The notes under the pieces: model-generated
Database searches by the model: none
Told to the model about the DNA's origin: nothing
Seen by the model: the letters and a program-made list of their open reading frames with translations, nothing else
In this document: positions 37,306-48,568 of the stretch, in pieces
Layout of the letters: every line of letters starts with the position of its first letter
Position numbering within the stretch: the first letter of the stretch is position 1
Assembly: GCA_964480705.1 (NCBI GenBank)
Contig: CAYZPC010000002.1
Coordinates: forward strand, 22,254 to 86,253
Direction: 5' to 3'
DNA from: an uncultured archaeon
GTDB taxonomy: Archaea > Iainarchaeota > Iainarchaeia > Iainarchaeales > VGJJ01
Length of the DNA: 64,000 nucleotides
Translations under genes and position numbers: made by a program

Positions 37306-37734
37306 TTATCGTTTAACCTTCTCTTTCTTACCCGTGCGGAGCATTTCTAATGATTGTCCGTTCACATGAGTAACGCGGTATTTGACTCCCCACTGCGAAC
37401 CGTATGGTCCACCTTGAGATCCGCCAATTCCTTCAATAATAACTTCATCGTGTTCATCCACAAACTTGATGGCACCATCGCGGGGGCAGAATGCGGTGAC
37501 TTGTTTTCCGTTCTTGATAAGCTGTACACGTACGCACTTCATGATACCTGAGTGCGGCTGCTTTTGGGTGACTCCCCGTTTTTCTAACACAATGGCTTTT
37601 GCTTGGGGCGCGCCTTCTAAGGGGTCGTGCTTCTCGCGCAATCGTAGAACGCGGCGTTTGTGGTACGGATCTTTCATCCGCCATTTGGCGCGTTTGTCTT
37701 CCAATTGTCGTGCTGCAAATTCACCTAGAGCCAT
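37306..37734 (-). CDS. rps12: 30S ribosomal protein uS12 (atypical conserved loops)
   Basis: [43 protein letters not shown]. Confidence 0.98.
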   Translation of the reverse strand: MALGEFAARQLEDKRAKWRMKDPYHKRRVLRLREKHDPLEGAPQAKAIVLEKRGVTQKQPHSGIMKCVRVQLIKNGKQVTAFCPRDGAIKFVDEHDEVIIEGIGGSQGGPYGSQWGVKYRVTHVNGQSLEMLRTGKKEKVKR

Positions 37735-37788
37735 TTTTGTTCACCAGATTAGAGTAATCGTCTCTCCGAAGTCTTTTAAATGCTTCAA

Positions 37789-38160
37789 TTAGACGCGTTT
37801 CTTTCTCCCTTTTTTTGTTGCTTCCGCAACTGCTTCGGATGCCTGTTGATGAACGGCATCTCCTAATTGTAACACTTTACTTTTTCCTTCATCCAAAACT
37901 AAGAGCGTGGAAATAACATAGGGTTTTCCACACACGTTTCCCAATTCCAAACCGTTTCCGGCGAATTTGTATACAGGAACATTGGCCAATGAAGCAATGT
38001 GAGCCATTTCTTCTAAATCAAGCGTGGGAGCGTTTTGCGTGACAACCAATAATTGTCCGTCGCCGTGTTTGAGGGAGTGGAGACTCTCCTTTCCACCAAA
38101 TAACACTTTTCCCGTGTCAACCGCACGGCGAATTTCTTTTCCTGCTTCGGCATGATCCAT
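37789..38160 (-). CDS. rpl30e: 50S ribosomal protein eL30
   Basis: AVDTGKV.FG, ELG.VCGKPY, D.G.S; SD upstream of ATG 38160. Confidence 0.95.
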   Translation of the reverse strand: MDHAEAGKEIRRAVDTGKVLFGGKESLHSLKHGDGQLLVVTQNAPTLDLEEMAHIASLANVPVYKFAGNGLELGNVCGKPYVISTLLVLDEGKSKVLQLGDAVHQQASEAVAEATKKGRKKRV

Positions 38161-38235
38161 ACTCCACACCCCTCCTTGGGCACGTGTTTCTCATGGATTA
38201 AATGAGATTCTATACCTCAAACCCCTAGGAAAGGC

Positions 38236-38243
38236 ATTTAAAT
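38236..38243 (-). promoter_or_regulatory. candidate TATA box upstream of rpl30e
   Basis: ATTTAAAT in the rpoA2-rpl30e spacer. Confidence 0.4.
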
Positions 38244-38324
38244 CCGCTTCCCAGAGCCTGAAAGTAGCGGGCTCCTGAATGGCAGGCGCCCTCCACTTCT
38301 ACTCTATTATGGTTAATGACGAGT

Positions 38325-39536
<1,212 letters not shown>

Positions 39537-39540
39537 TCAC

Positions 39541-42174
39541 CTAATTTTTCTTTTCCTTGGTTGATTTGCGCTGCATATTTCGAATAATTTCATCCATGTT
39601 GGCAAAGTTTCCGCCACTCGTGCGTGCGGGGAAGACACCGTCTTCTCCGTAGCGGAATTGTACAACGTCCTTGTTGGCGGTTCGAACGGTTTCATCGTTC
39701 GCCACGTGCAAGTCCTTCAAGGAATTTGCCAGTCTTCGGTATAAGTATCCCGAAACCTTGGTGGCAACACCCGTGTCCACTTCACCTTGACGTCCACCCA
39801 TGGAGTGCATGAAGTATTCCGTGGGGTTCATTCCCTGTAGGAAGTTCGATGAAACGAATCCTCCAGCGCGGGGAGCGAGGTCGTTCTTCTCGTTCAATGC
39901 AATTAAGCGGCCCGTAAATCCTTTTTTGGGTCGTCCTGTTCGCACAGAGATTTGTCCCCAGAATCCGGACATGTTGGTCACATTCAGCATGCTTCCGCGT
40001 CCTCCGGAAACAATAATGGGCATCGTGTCCAGAGTGGGTCGTTTGGTGTCGAAGAGTTTTTTGAGTTTGTATTCTCCGAGCTTGGATTGTACTTTTGCTT
40101 TTGTTTTTCCACCTAAGCGGACCATCATGAGTTCGAAACTCTCTACCACTGTGCGTCCGGGAATCGGTTCGAGTTTTCCAGCAGCGAATTTCTCTGCCAA
40201 CTCGGTTCCTTCGCGGATTTCTTCTTCTAATGCTTCTTTTCGCACCGCATCCAATTCAGGAGTGTTTTCGAATTCCGCAATGCTAATCGTCAATCCTTTC
40301 GTTGTTAAGAGTTCGTGCGTCACGTGGGCCATGCGCGAATAGTATTGTTCCAATTCGTGCGCGGTGTAGTTTCGCAGAATACTTTCAACAAGGGCAGAAG
40401 ATGAATCAACGGTTCCTTGGATGAGTTTTCCGTCTTCAATTTTGACTTCCGACTCTTTGTACAGTGCTTCGTTTCCTTCGCGGGGAAGCTTGGCGACTTT
40501 CAATTGTCGCGCGGTGTTGTTCGAGTATTCTACGTTCAACTTCGCGGGCAATGCGTGCGAGTAGATGAGTTTTCCGGAGTATTTTTTTCCGCGATCGGGT
40601 TCGGGAAGCTCAGTAACACCCATGTTGTACAAATAGTGCATGGCTTCTTCTTTTGTGAATTCGGTCTGGTCCATCGTTAAGATGAATAATCCCGTCATGT
40701 CATCTTCTTGTCCGCCAATAACCGGCTGTCCGTGTCGGGGGGAGATAACTTGGTTTTCCACAAACATGAGTTCGCGCGCTTCGGAAATTCCTTCCTGTGT
40801 TTGCGGAACGTGCAAGTTCATTTCATCACCATCGAAGTCAGCGTTGTAGGGCTTACAAACCATCGGGTTCATTCGGATGGCCTTGTTGGGCACGACTTTG
40901 ACTTCGTGGGCAAGCATGGACAATCGATGCAGTGAGGGTTGTCGGTTGAACAACACGATGTCTCCGTCTTGGAGGACGCGTTCAACTTTGCTTCCCACTT
41001 CTAATTCGTCCGTGACTTCTTTTTTGTTGAGTTCGGTGACTTTCTTTCGCAATCCATTTGGTTTGGTCACGTACACAACCTTCTCACCCTTCTTGATGAG
41101 TTTCTTCATTTCTTCCATGTTCCATTCCGTCACGTGTTCGGGAACCGTGAGGTTGTTGGCAATGGGTTCGGGCACTCCCACTTGGTTAATGGACAAGTAG
41201 GGGTCTGGGATAATCGTTGATCGTGCCGCGTAATTGACTCGCTTTCCGGTCAAATTGTATCGGAAACGACCTTTCTTTCCTTTCAATCGCTGCAATAATG
41301 TTCGCAGGGAGCGTCCGGATCGGTGCTTGGCAGGAGGAACTCCTGCGGTGTCGTTGTCGAAGTACGTGGTGATGTGATACTGCAACAAGTCCCACAAGTC
41401 TTCAATGATGAGTTGCGGTGCACCAGCGTCAATGTTGTCTTTCAATCGCAAGTTAATGCGAATCACATCAACTAACTTGTGCGTCAAATCATCTTCGGAT
41501 TTGATTCCCGATTCCAATGTAATGGAGGGGCGAATCGTGATGGGGGGAACCTGCAACACGGTGAGAATGAACCATTCGGGTCGAAGTCGCGTGAGATCGT
41601 ATCCGAATAATTTCAAATCTTCTTCGGCAATTTTCTCCACCCATTCTCGGATTTGAGAGGGGTAGATTCGGTCCTTGTCTAAATAGAAGTTGGTGGGTTT
41701 GTCCAACAAAACTTCTGCGCGTGCCGCTCCGCAGTGGGGGCATTTGCGTTTGGTTTTGGTTTTTTTGACCAACAATTTGACGGCTTCTTCTTTGTCTAAT
41801 CGTTCGATGGATTTTTTGAAATCTTCAAGCGATTCGTCTTTCAGCGCGATTTTTCCGCATTCTTGACACGTTGCTTGTAGCAATTCTTCTAATTTGTTAG
41901 TAAATTTAGGGTGGGCAACCGGTCGCACGAGTTCGAGCGAGCCGAAGTGTCCGGGGCACTGCTTCATTTTTTGTCCGCAGGTTTTACAACGTAAAGAAGG
42001 GTTAATCACTCCCAAGTGCGGGTCCATGAGTCCGCCTTCCATGGGGTAACCATCTTTATCGTAGGTCTCTGGACTCTTGATTTCAATCGCAGACATTTTT
42101 CGCACGTTTTCCGGAGAAAGGACGCCGAATTCAATCAATTGGATTTTTTTCAACAACATGTTTGTTCCCTCCAT
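39541..42174 (-). CDS. rpoA1: RNA polymerase subunit Rpo1N (A')
   Basis: CPGHFG, LFNRQPSLH, catalytic YNADFDGDEMN, SGYLYRRL; alternative start 42159 with GGAGGG SD. Confidence 0.99.
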   Translation of the reverse strand: MEGTNMLLKKIQLIEFGVLSPENVRKMSAIEIKSPETYDKDGYPMEGGLMDPHLGVINPSLRCKTCGQKMKQCPGHFGSLELVRPVAHPKFTNKLEELLQATCQECGKIALKDESLEDFKKSIERLDKEEAVKLLVKKTKTKRKCPHCGAARAEVLLDKPTNFYLDKDRIYPSQIREWVEKIAEEDLKLFGYDLTRLRPEWFILTVLQVPPITIRPSITLESGIKSEDDLTHKLVDVIRINLRLKDNIDAGAPQLIIEDLWDLLQYHITTYFDNDTAGVPPAKHRSGRSLRTLLQRLKGKKGRFRYNLTGKRVNYAARSTIIPDPYLSINQVGVPEPIANNLTVPEHVTEWNMEEMKKLIKKGEKVVYVTKPNGLRKKVTELNKKEVTDELEVGSKVERVLQDGDIVLFNRQPSLHRLSMLAHEVKVVPNKAIRMNPMVCKPYNADFDGDEMNLHVPQTQEGISEARELMFVENQVISPRHGQPVIGGQEDDMTGLFILTMDQTEFTKEEAMHYLYNMGVTELPEPDRGKKYSGKLIYSHALPAKLNVEYSNNTARQLKVAKLPREGNEALYKESEVKIEDGKLIQGTVDSSSALVESILRNYTAHELEQYYSRMAHVTHELLTTKGLTISIAEFENTPELDAVRKEALEEEIREGTELAEKFAAGKLEPIPGRTVVESFELMMVRLGGKTKAKVQSKLGEYKLKKLFDTKRPTLDTMPIIVSGGRGSMLNVTNMSGFWGQISVRTGRPKKGFTGRLIALNEKNDLAPRAGGFVSSNFLQGMNPTEYFMHSMGGRQGEVDTGVATKVSGYLYRRLANSLKDLHVANDETVRTANKDVVQFRYGEDGVFPARTSGGNFANMDEIIRNMQRKSTKEKKN

Positions 42175-42180
42175 TTCTCC

Positions 42181-43998
42181 TTATGCGCGGTCCATCAATT
42201 TCATTTTTGGATAAATTCCCAATGCTTTCAATTCGTCGAGCAAGAGTTTGAATCCGTATGACATTTGCACCGGGTACACGCTCGTACTCTCACACATGGG
42301 GCAGTATCTCTTCTTTCGGATTTGGTCATTCACGGCAATGACTCCGCAGTTATCACAAACGAGTTCGGTGACTTTGTCCGAATCATCAATGAACTTTTCC
42401 TGCAACAGCATGGCAGCACCGTGTCCAACCAAGGTTTCTCCTTCCATTTCTCCGAAACGGAGTCCGCCTTCCTTTTCTTTTCCTTCCGTAGGCTGGCGCG
42501 TGAGGATTTGCACCGGTCCGCGGGAGCGTGCTTGAAGCTTGTGCGCAACCATGTGGAATAATCGACGATAGGCAATGACACCCGTGTAGATTTCTCCTTC
42601 AATTTTCTTTCCAGTTCGTCCGTCGTAGAAGGCTTCTTTTCCATCGGAGCGGAAACCGAAGTGTTCCAAAATTTTCTTCGATTCTTCAACGGGATCCTCG
42701 TTAAACGGTGTTCCATCAATTGTTTTTCCGCCCAATGCAGCGGCTTTTCCGGTGAGCATTTCGAGCATGTGTCCAATGGTCATTCGCGTAGGAATGGCGT
42801 GCGGGTTCAGCATCAAGTCGGGTCGCACACCGCTTTCGGTGAAAGGCATGTCTTCTTCGGGAATGATTGCTCCCAATACTCCTTTTTGTCCGTGTTTGGA
42901 GGCAAATTTGTCGCCCGGTTCTGGCGTCATGCATGAGCGGACTTTCACTTTAGCAATGCGTGCACCCGATGTTCCTTCGGTTAAAATAACGCGGTCAACA
43001 ACTCCAGGCTTTCCTTTTCGGGGAAAGAGCGAGGCTTCGCGTCGTTTTTCTTGAATGACACCAAATTCGGTGATTTCTTCTAAGAATCGCGGCGGGGATG
43101 TTTTTCCAATAATCACGTCTTTGTCGGAGACCGATGTTTCCAACTCGGCCAAGCCATCAATTCCTAATTTTTTGTAGGGTTCTTCACCTAAATGTCCTAC
43201 CGCGTCTTCGGCGGGGATTTCAAATTTATCCACTTGTCCGCCGGGGTAGCGTGTTTCTTCGCTTTCGTAATTGCGGAAATAGGCAGCGCGTCCGAGTCCT
43301 CGGTCAACAGCGCCTTTGTTCAACACCACTGAGTCTAAAACGTTGAATCCCATGTAGGGCATGATGGCCACGACAAAGTTCTGAATCATCGGCCGTTGAT
43401 CGGTGTTCAAAAAATCCAGTGTTTTAGTTCGCACGAGTTCGCGCTGAGGATAATACAGCAAATAGGATTCGGTGTCCGTGCGCAAATTATAGTTGGCGGA
43501 GGGAATTCCCAATGCTTGTTTGAACACTTTGGCACCATGCAATGTTTTTCCAGCCAAGTTGTGTTCCAAAAAGGGAATCATGGATGAAATGACAGAGAAA
43601 ATTCCCATGGGGTTGATTTCCAAATGCGTTGTTTTGGGAGTAATGTCTTCTTCGCGGAGTGCGACTTGGGCGGTTTCTTCTTCTTCCGCATCCAAGTATT
43701 CAATATATCCCTGGTTGACTAAATCATTCCACGTGAGTTTGCCGTCTTTGATTTGTTTAATAGTTTCTTTTGTCACGCGGGGCTTTCCGCTCTCAACCAC
43801 GATAACGGGTCGCTGCACGCGTCCGGAGTCTGTGTTCACGTACAATTCAAAGTTGTCTTCGTGCAGGGCGATGTTGACATGCGCATCAATTTTTCCTGTG
43901 CGGCGCTTGTTCACCAAGTCTTTGGTCAACTTGTGAATGTCTTTATGGAAACCCACGAGTTTTCCATTCACGAACACTTTTCCTTCTTGTGCAGCCAT
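42181..43998 (-). CDS. rpoB1: RNA polymerase subunit Rpo2C (B')
   Basis: IEYLDAEEEE, GKTSPPRF, GDKFASKHGQKG, RQPTEG...GGLRFGEME, C-terminal zinc ribbon; GGTGA SD before 43998. Confidence 0.99.
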   Translation of the reverse strand: MAAQEGKVFVNGKLVGFHKDIHKLTKDLVNKRRTGKIDAHVNIALHEDNFELYVNTDSGRVQRPVIVVESGKPRVTKETIKQIKDGKLTWNDLVNQGYIEYLDAEEEETAQVALREEDITPKTTHLEINPMGIFSVISSMIPFLEHNLAGKTLHGAKVFKQALGIPSANYNLRTDTESYLLYYPQRELVRTKTLDFLNTDQRPMIQNFVVAIMPYMGFNVLDSVVLNKGAVDRGLGRAAYFRNYESEETRYPGGQVDKFEIPAEDAVGHLGEEPYKKLGIDGLAELETSVSDKDVIIGKTSPPRFLEEITEFGVIQEKRREASLFPRKGKPGVVDRVILTEGTSGARIAKVKVRSCMTPEPGDKFASKHGQKGVLGAIIPEEDMPFTESGVRPDLMLNPHAIPTRMTIGHMLEMLTGKAAALGGKTIDGTPFNEDPVEESKKILEHFGFRSDGKEAFYDGRTGKKIEGEIYTGVIAYRRLFHMVAHKLQARSRGPVQILTRQPTEGKEKEGGLRFGEMEGETLVGHGAAMLLQEKFIDDSDKVTELVCDNCGVIAVNDQIRKKRYCPMCESTSVYPVQMSYGFKLLLDELKALGIYPKMKLMDRA

Positions 43999-44030
43999 GT
44001 TTTTTTCACCCCGTCCCTTTTTCTCCAACC

Positions 44031-45506
44031 TTACTTCAAATACACGTCCATTCCTTTCAGCAATTTTTCAACTGGTTCAGGATTCACATCCTGTGTAACT
44101 TCCGAGAACAATCCCAAATTCTTCACCAAACCACATTGGGGTCCGTCCGGCGTTTCAATACAGCAAAGTCTTCCCCAGTGCGTTCCGTGAACATCACGCG
44201 CTTCATACAGTTCGCGGTTTTTGTTCAACGGAGATTTAACTTTTCGGAATTCCGTGAGGGGTCCCAAATAGTTCACGCGGTCCATGAAGCGTGAAACACC
44301 TGTTGAGCGGCCAATCCAGTTTCCGGTGCTCATTCCGAACAGAATACGTTCAGTCACGGCGCCGGGGCGAACAACCGTTGAAATGTTTAATTTTCGTCTT
44401 CGTGTGACGGTTCGGTCGATTTGGAATGTCAAATCTTTAATGAAATATTTGAATGAATGTCGGAACAAATGTTCCATGAGTTTTCCCGATAATTCGAGTC
44501 GCTTGTTGGCGTAATGATCCTTGTCATCTTGTCCGCGCAATCCGTTGGCTCGTTCAATGGCACGTGTGGCCATGGTGGAGAGGAAGTATGCTTTCGCGCG
44601 GCGGTCATCTTTCTTGTCTCCGATGTGCGGGAGCAAGAATGCGTCGATGACTTCTTGCGCTCGTCGGAGGCGATAATCAATAACTTGTCCCGGCGCCACA
44701 TATTTACCGATTCGATCCAAGGCTTCTTCTTCATCTTTCACGTCCATGGCTTCCATGTTGATGATGACATCATTCATGATCTCATTGAGAGATGGGAATG
44801 CTTCGAGAATTTCTTTTTCGGTTTTGAGTCCTAATGCTTTCAACAGCACAAACAATCGCAGCTTGCGCGGAGAGGCTGGAAAACTGACGCTCAACAAACC
44901 ATCTTTAGCGCGTGTAACACGTACACGTCCTTTGAATGCACCTTTGGTGGAGATAACTTCGGCGCTTGTTTTGTCATCCGCTGATTCGGTGATGAGAATT
45001 CGGTCCGAGGAGAGAACTTCCTGCGCAGTCAATGCTTTTTCGCTTCCATTGATGACGAAGTATCCGCCGAAGTCCATGGGGTCTTCTCCCATTGAGATTA
45101 ATTCCTCAGCTGTTTTTCCTTGCAGGTGGCACAATTTTGATTTCAACATCACGGGCAGTTCGCCGATGTATGTTTTCTTCACGTCTTGTTCAACATCGCG
45201 TCGTAACAAGCGCATGGTGAGGAACAACGGTGCCGAGTATGTTCGGTTTCGCATGCGTGCTTCCATGGGATAAAAATCATTTCGCGGAGAACCATCGGCT
45301 TCCACGATGCGCGGTTTCAACACTTCAATGTCTTCGAGTTCAATTCGAACTTCTTCAATTTTCGGCGTAATGGTTTTGTTTTCGTGAATAATTTCAGTAA
45401 GTTTGTCATCTACAAATTGATTGTAGGAGTTGATGTTCATCTGCGCGAAGTTGCGAGACTTAAACCAGCTTTCTACGAGTGCGTATTGATCCCAACCTTG
45501 CGCCAT
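44031..45506 (-). CDS. rpoB2: RNA polymerase subunit Rpo2N (B'')
   Basis: PMEARMRN.TY, GGYFVINGSE, DDKDHYANKRL, ETPDG..CGLVKN. Confidence 0.99.
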   Translation of the reverse strand: MAQGWDQYALVESWFKSRNFAQMNINSYNQFVDDKLTEIIHENKTITPKIEEVRIELEDIEVLKPRIVEADGSPRNDFYPMEARMRNRTYSAPLFLTMRLLRRDVEQDVKKTYIGELPVMLKSKLCHLQGKTAEELISMGEDPMDFGGYFVINGSEKALTAQEVLSSDRILITESADDKTSAEVISTKGAFKGRVRVTRAKDGLLSVSFPASPRKLRLFVLLKALGLKTEKEILEAFPSLNEIMNDVIINMEAMDVKDEEEALDRIGKYVAPGQVIDYRLRRAQEVIDAFLLPHIGDKKDDRRAKAYFLSTMATRAIERANGLRGQDDKDHYANKRLELSGKLMEHLFRHSFKYFIKDLTFQIDRTVTRRRKLNISTVVRPGAVTERILFGMSTGNWIGRSTGVSRFMDRVNYLGPLTEFRKVKSPLNKNRELYEARDVHGTHWGRLCCIETPDGPQCGLVKNLGLFSEVTQDVNPEPVEKLLKGMDVYLK

Positions 45507-45737
45507 TTACACCACTCTCCGATAGTATAATGTTTCTCCCGCCACGGGGGAGTTTCGAGTAATGCGAATAATGTCTCCCACTTTCGCACCAAGTTCTTGC
45601 GACATGGGATCTTCTTGTGAAATTTGAGGAAGTTTGTCTACGTCAATTCCAAATTGTAAAAAAAGTTTTTGCGTTTCATCTGCAGAAAGAATTTCGTGTT
45701 TAGGAACTAAATGGTGTTCAGATAGTGACTTCAGCAT
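45507..45737 (-). CDS. rpoH: RNA polymerase subunit Rpo5 (H)
   Basis: HHLVPKHEIL, LPQI...DP, GDIIRITR.S, YYR.V. Confidence 0.98.
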   Translation of the reverse strand: MLKSLSEHHLVPKHEILSADETQKLFLQFGIDVDKLPQISQEDPMSQELGAKVGDIIRITRNSPVAGETLYYRRVV

Positions 45738-45989
45738 GTCCCCTCAGCTCCGTTTTTTTAGTACAGCGCTTGGAAAAAAAGGGACCGGTATTTCACGGAC
45801 TTTAAAACGATGAATCGTTCCCCACGTTAAACGTTAACCCAAACCGCTGCACAATCCTCAAAGGATACTCAAAGGTCCCAAGAAACCCTTATAAAGTTGT
45901 TCGTGTGCTGGAAAAAAATAGGTTAAAATGGGCAAAAATGACCCAAAATGAGGGTTTTAGAGGACGTTATGCTATGAGAAAAAGTTCTT

Positions 45990-46205
45990 TTAGCGTTTTT
46001 TCTTCTTCTTTTTCCGGGAAGACGGGCTCTTTGGGCTCCGCGCAATCATGTCCTCATGCACTTCCTTCATGGGGTTAGCGAAGAGTCCATAGAAAATAAT
46101 GGCCAGCAGGAGAACGAGCAGCCCCCACGTGCGATGGGTTTCCACGAGAAGCAGTGCAACGGCGAGCACGAGCAGGATGGCGACTCCAAAGAGGTATTGT
46201 TTCAT
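45990..46205 (-). CDS. small 2-TM membrane protein with basic tail
   Basis: Two hydrophobic helices, C-terminus RKKKKKKR. Confidence 0.65.
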   Translation of the reverse strand: MKQYLFGVAILLVLAVALLLVETHRTWGLLVLLLAIIFYGLFANPMKEVHEDMIARSPKSPSSRKKKKKKR

Positions 46206-46343
46206 ACACCGCTCGTGTTTCCCGGAGTTAAAAAAACCCAAGCATGTGAAAAATCGCCCATATTCAACCGGCGAAAGCGCGTAATTCTAACGAATTTTTT
46301 GGCGAACAAAGCGTTGCACGAGCCCGAAATCAAGGATAAGGTA

Positions 46344-46349
46344 TTTATA
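46344..46349 (+). promoter_or_regulatory. TATA box (leaderless-type) for the GT2 gene
   Basis: TTTATA ending 23 nt before ATG 46372. Confidence 0.55.
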
Positions 46350-46371
46350 GGCGAATTGGGTCCATTCCGCC

Positions 46372-47367
46372 ATGAAAACCGCTCCCAGTACGTCCCAAAA
46401 CGAAATCGTTGTCCTAATGCCGGCACGCAACGAGTCGCGAAACATTCCGTCGGCACTCTACGCAGTCAATTCCTCTCAGAATGTGGATGGTTCCATTCAC
46501 ACGATTGTGGGCGCGAACGCATGCACCGACAACACGGTAGAAGTGCTGGAAACCCTTAAGCTTAAACAAAAAAATTTGGATTATGTGGTGGAGAGCGTTC
46601 CAGGAAAACCGCGTGCATTAAACGCATTAATTGATCGCGCGGAAAAAACGAGAAAAATGAGCGGAGACGATGTGGTTTTATTTTTGGATGCCAATGCCCA
46701 CGTGCAGGATTCCACTATTTCAGACTTGACGGTGATGTTGAAGCAAAACAAAAACCTCAACGCTGTCACTGCAAATGATGTAAGCCCCGTTCCTGCGAGC
46801 GGTTCAGTGTTGGAACACTTGTTGTTTGGCGTGAGTGAAATTTCATTATCATCGTTGGCATTGCGCGATCGAAAAGCATCGTGTATGGCGGTTCGCGCCA
46901 AAGCAGTGCGCGGAGTACGCTTCCCCGAGAATGTAATGGCGGATGATTTGTGGTTGCAAATGTATTTGGGCATTGACACCGTGGACACGCACCCCACCGC
47001 CGCAGTTACTGTGCAAGCCCCTCGAACATTTTTCCGCTTTGCCGAAGCACGAGTGAAACACATGATGGGATTGTATCAGCTTGAAGAATTTTTTTCTCCA
47101 CAACATGTTCGAGAAAATTTTCCCACGGGAACACACGAGCACGCAGAAGCATTGCTGCGCGACGGTGAGTTGCAGGATGAGTTTGTGAAACTTCCCGGAA
47201 TTTATCAAGCCGCCACTCTGCTCGCCATGCCCTTGCATGCCGCATTCAAAGTAGCCGCATGGGTGGGATATCGAATGTCTCCTCAGATGAAGAATCATTC
47301 AAAGCCCATTCCTCAAATGACTGAAGCGCGTTCACGCGCCAAGTCTAGACGCCCCGCGCACGCATAA
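46372..47367 (+). CDS. glycosyltransferase family 2
   Basis: VLMPARNE, N.CTDNT, GKPRALN, FLDAN, ADD; lies next to carotenoid genes. Confidence 0.85.
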   Translation: MKTAPSTSQNEIVVLMPARNESRNIPSALYAVNSSQNVDGSIHTIVGANACTDNTVEVLETLKLKQKNLDYVVESVPGKPRALNALIDRAEKTRKMSGDDVVLFLDANAHVQDSTISDLTVMLKQNKNLNAVTANDVSPVPASGSVLEHLLFGVSEISLSSLALRDRKASCMAVRAKAVRGVRFPENVMADDLWLQMYLGIDTVDTHPTAAVTVQAPRTFFRFAEARVKHMMGLYQLEEFFSPQHVRENFPTGTHEHAEALLRDGELQDEFVKLPGIYQAATLLAMPLHAAFKVAAWVGYRMSPQMKNHSKPIPQMTEARSRAKSRRPAHA

Positions 47368-47421
47368 TTATCACGCGTCGCGTGTGCGCAGGCTAATATA
47401 CTTTTTTTCATTCATACACGT

Positions 47422-47745
47422 ATGAGTTTCACATACGCACTCTATTTGCTTTTCGCCCTCGCGGGGACGCTTGCATTTATGCGTGTGTTTACTATTTCAT
47501 TCACCACAAAGCAAATGAAAGCCATTTTATTTTCGCTGCTGGCAACGATGATTGTTTTCACCGCGTGGGATATGTGGGCCGTGGAACAAAAACACTGGTC
47601 ATTTGGTCTGCAGCACACGCTGAACATTTTGATTGGCAATCAACCCCTTGAAGAAATAGCATTTTTTCTCGTGATTCCATTTTTTGGAATCGTTTTGTGG
47701 GAGATGATGGGGAAATTCACCCAAACGAGGGCGAAAACAAAATGA
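47422..47745 (+). CDS. lycopene cyclase domain protein (CrtYc-like)
   Basis: 3 TM; AWD.WA...W.F and PLEEIAFF motifs of CrtYc/Yd-type cyclases. Confidence 0.85.
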   Translation: MSFTYALYLLFALAGTLAFMRVFTISFTTKQMKAILFSLLATMIVFTAWDMWAVEQKHWSFGLQHTLNILIGNQPLEEIAFFLVIPFFGIVLWEMMGKFTQTRAKTK

Positions 47746-48035
47746 TGCAATACACACTCGCGGTTTCCATTGGATTTTTTCTCGTAATGGCACTTGACCG
47801 CGCGCTGCGCACGAATATTATTCGACTCACCCCCCAATTAGTGTTCACTACTCTAATTTTCCTCACATTTCAGCTTATTTTTGATAATTATTTTACCGCG
47901 CTAGGGATTTGGGTGTTCAATCCAAGCGAAACGCTTGGAATTTTTGTTCCATTCATTCCAATAGAAAATTTATTTTTCGGAATTGAAATGCTTTGGTTTA
48001 CACTAATTCTTTTTGAATGGTCGCAGAGGAAATGA
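47742..48035 (+). CDS. lycopene cyclase domain protein (CrtYd-like)
   Basis: 3 TM; IFDNY, G.W.F, IPIENLFF; ATGA overlap with the previous gene. Confidence 0.85.
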   Translation: MMQYTLAVSIGFFLVMALDRALRTNIIRLTPQLVFTTLIFLTFQLIFDNYFTALGIWVFNPSETLGIFVPFIPIENLFFGIEMLWFTLILFEWSQRK

Positions 48036-48568
48036 GAATGTGGAAAAAAATTCGCCGCAAGTGGGGCCGCGCCCTTTTTTTGAAAAATATTAATAAGCTC
48101 ACGCAGCGAATTGAACGCAATTATGCTGAGTTAGAACACATCTACGAACCATTAGGTGACATTGAAAATATGTTTGCGCTGAATAAAAAAATTGGCGCAG
48201 ACATACAGCAGATTGAGCACGAAAAACTGAAACGTAAAAAGGGATGGCGCGGCCTGATTCGCGCGGCGTGGGCATGGAGGGCCTATCGCGATTTGCGCGA
48301 ACAAAAATTTATCAAAAGCACCAGTTCAGAACAATACATCAAAGCTCGCGATGCATTGATTCGGATTGATTTATTGGAGCTGGGCCTGAAGAAAGAAATT
48401 CTCTCCGATAGAGAGGCATCTGAATTGTTTGTGCTTCGCCGTCAAAAAAAGAATTTTGAGAAGGCAGTTGCTAATTATCAAAAAGCGGTTGTGCTGGCAG
48501 CTGCGCGAAAAGAAAGGAAGTCTATTTCTTCGCGAAAATCTTCTCCGCACACGTCCGGGCAGAAATAA
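48032..48568 (+). CDS. hypothetical basic helical protein
   Basis: ATGA overlap with the cyclase gene; 3' end overlaps convergent crtI by 47 nt; no motif recognised. Confidence 0.55.
   Translation: MRMWKKIRRKWGRALFLKNINKLTQRIERNYAELEHIYEPLGDIENMFALNKKIGADIQQIEHEKLKRKKGWRGLIRAAWAWRAYRDLREQKFIKSTSSEQYIKARDALIRIDLLELGLKKEILSDREASELFVLRRQKKNFEKAVANYQKAVVLAAARKERKSISSRKSSPHTSGQK

Noticed and set aside
39541..45506. Split RNAP large subunits (A'/A'', B'/B'')
   Set aside because: Normal for many archaea; not frameshifts, and no inteins seen
45738..45989. Possible ncRNA in the spacer upstream of rpoH
   Set aside because: Only a TATA-like CTTTATAAG and weak short repeats; no convincing helices
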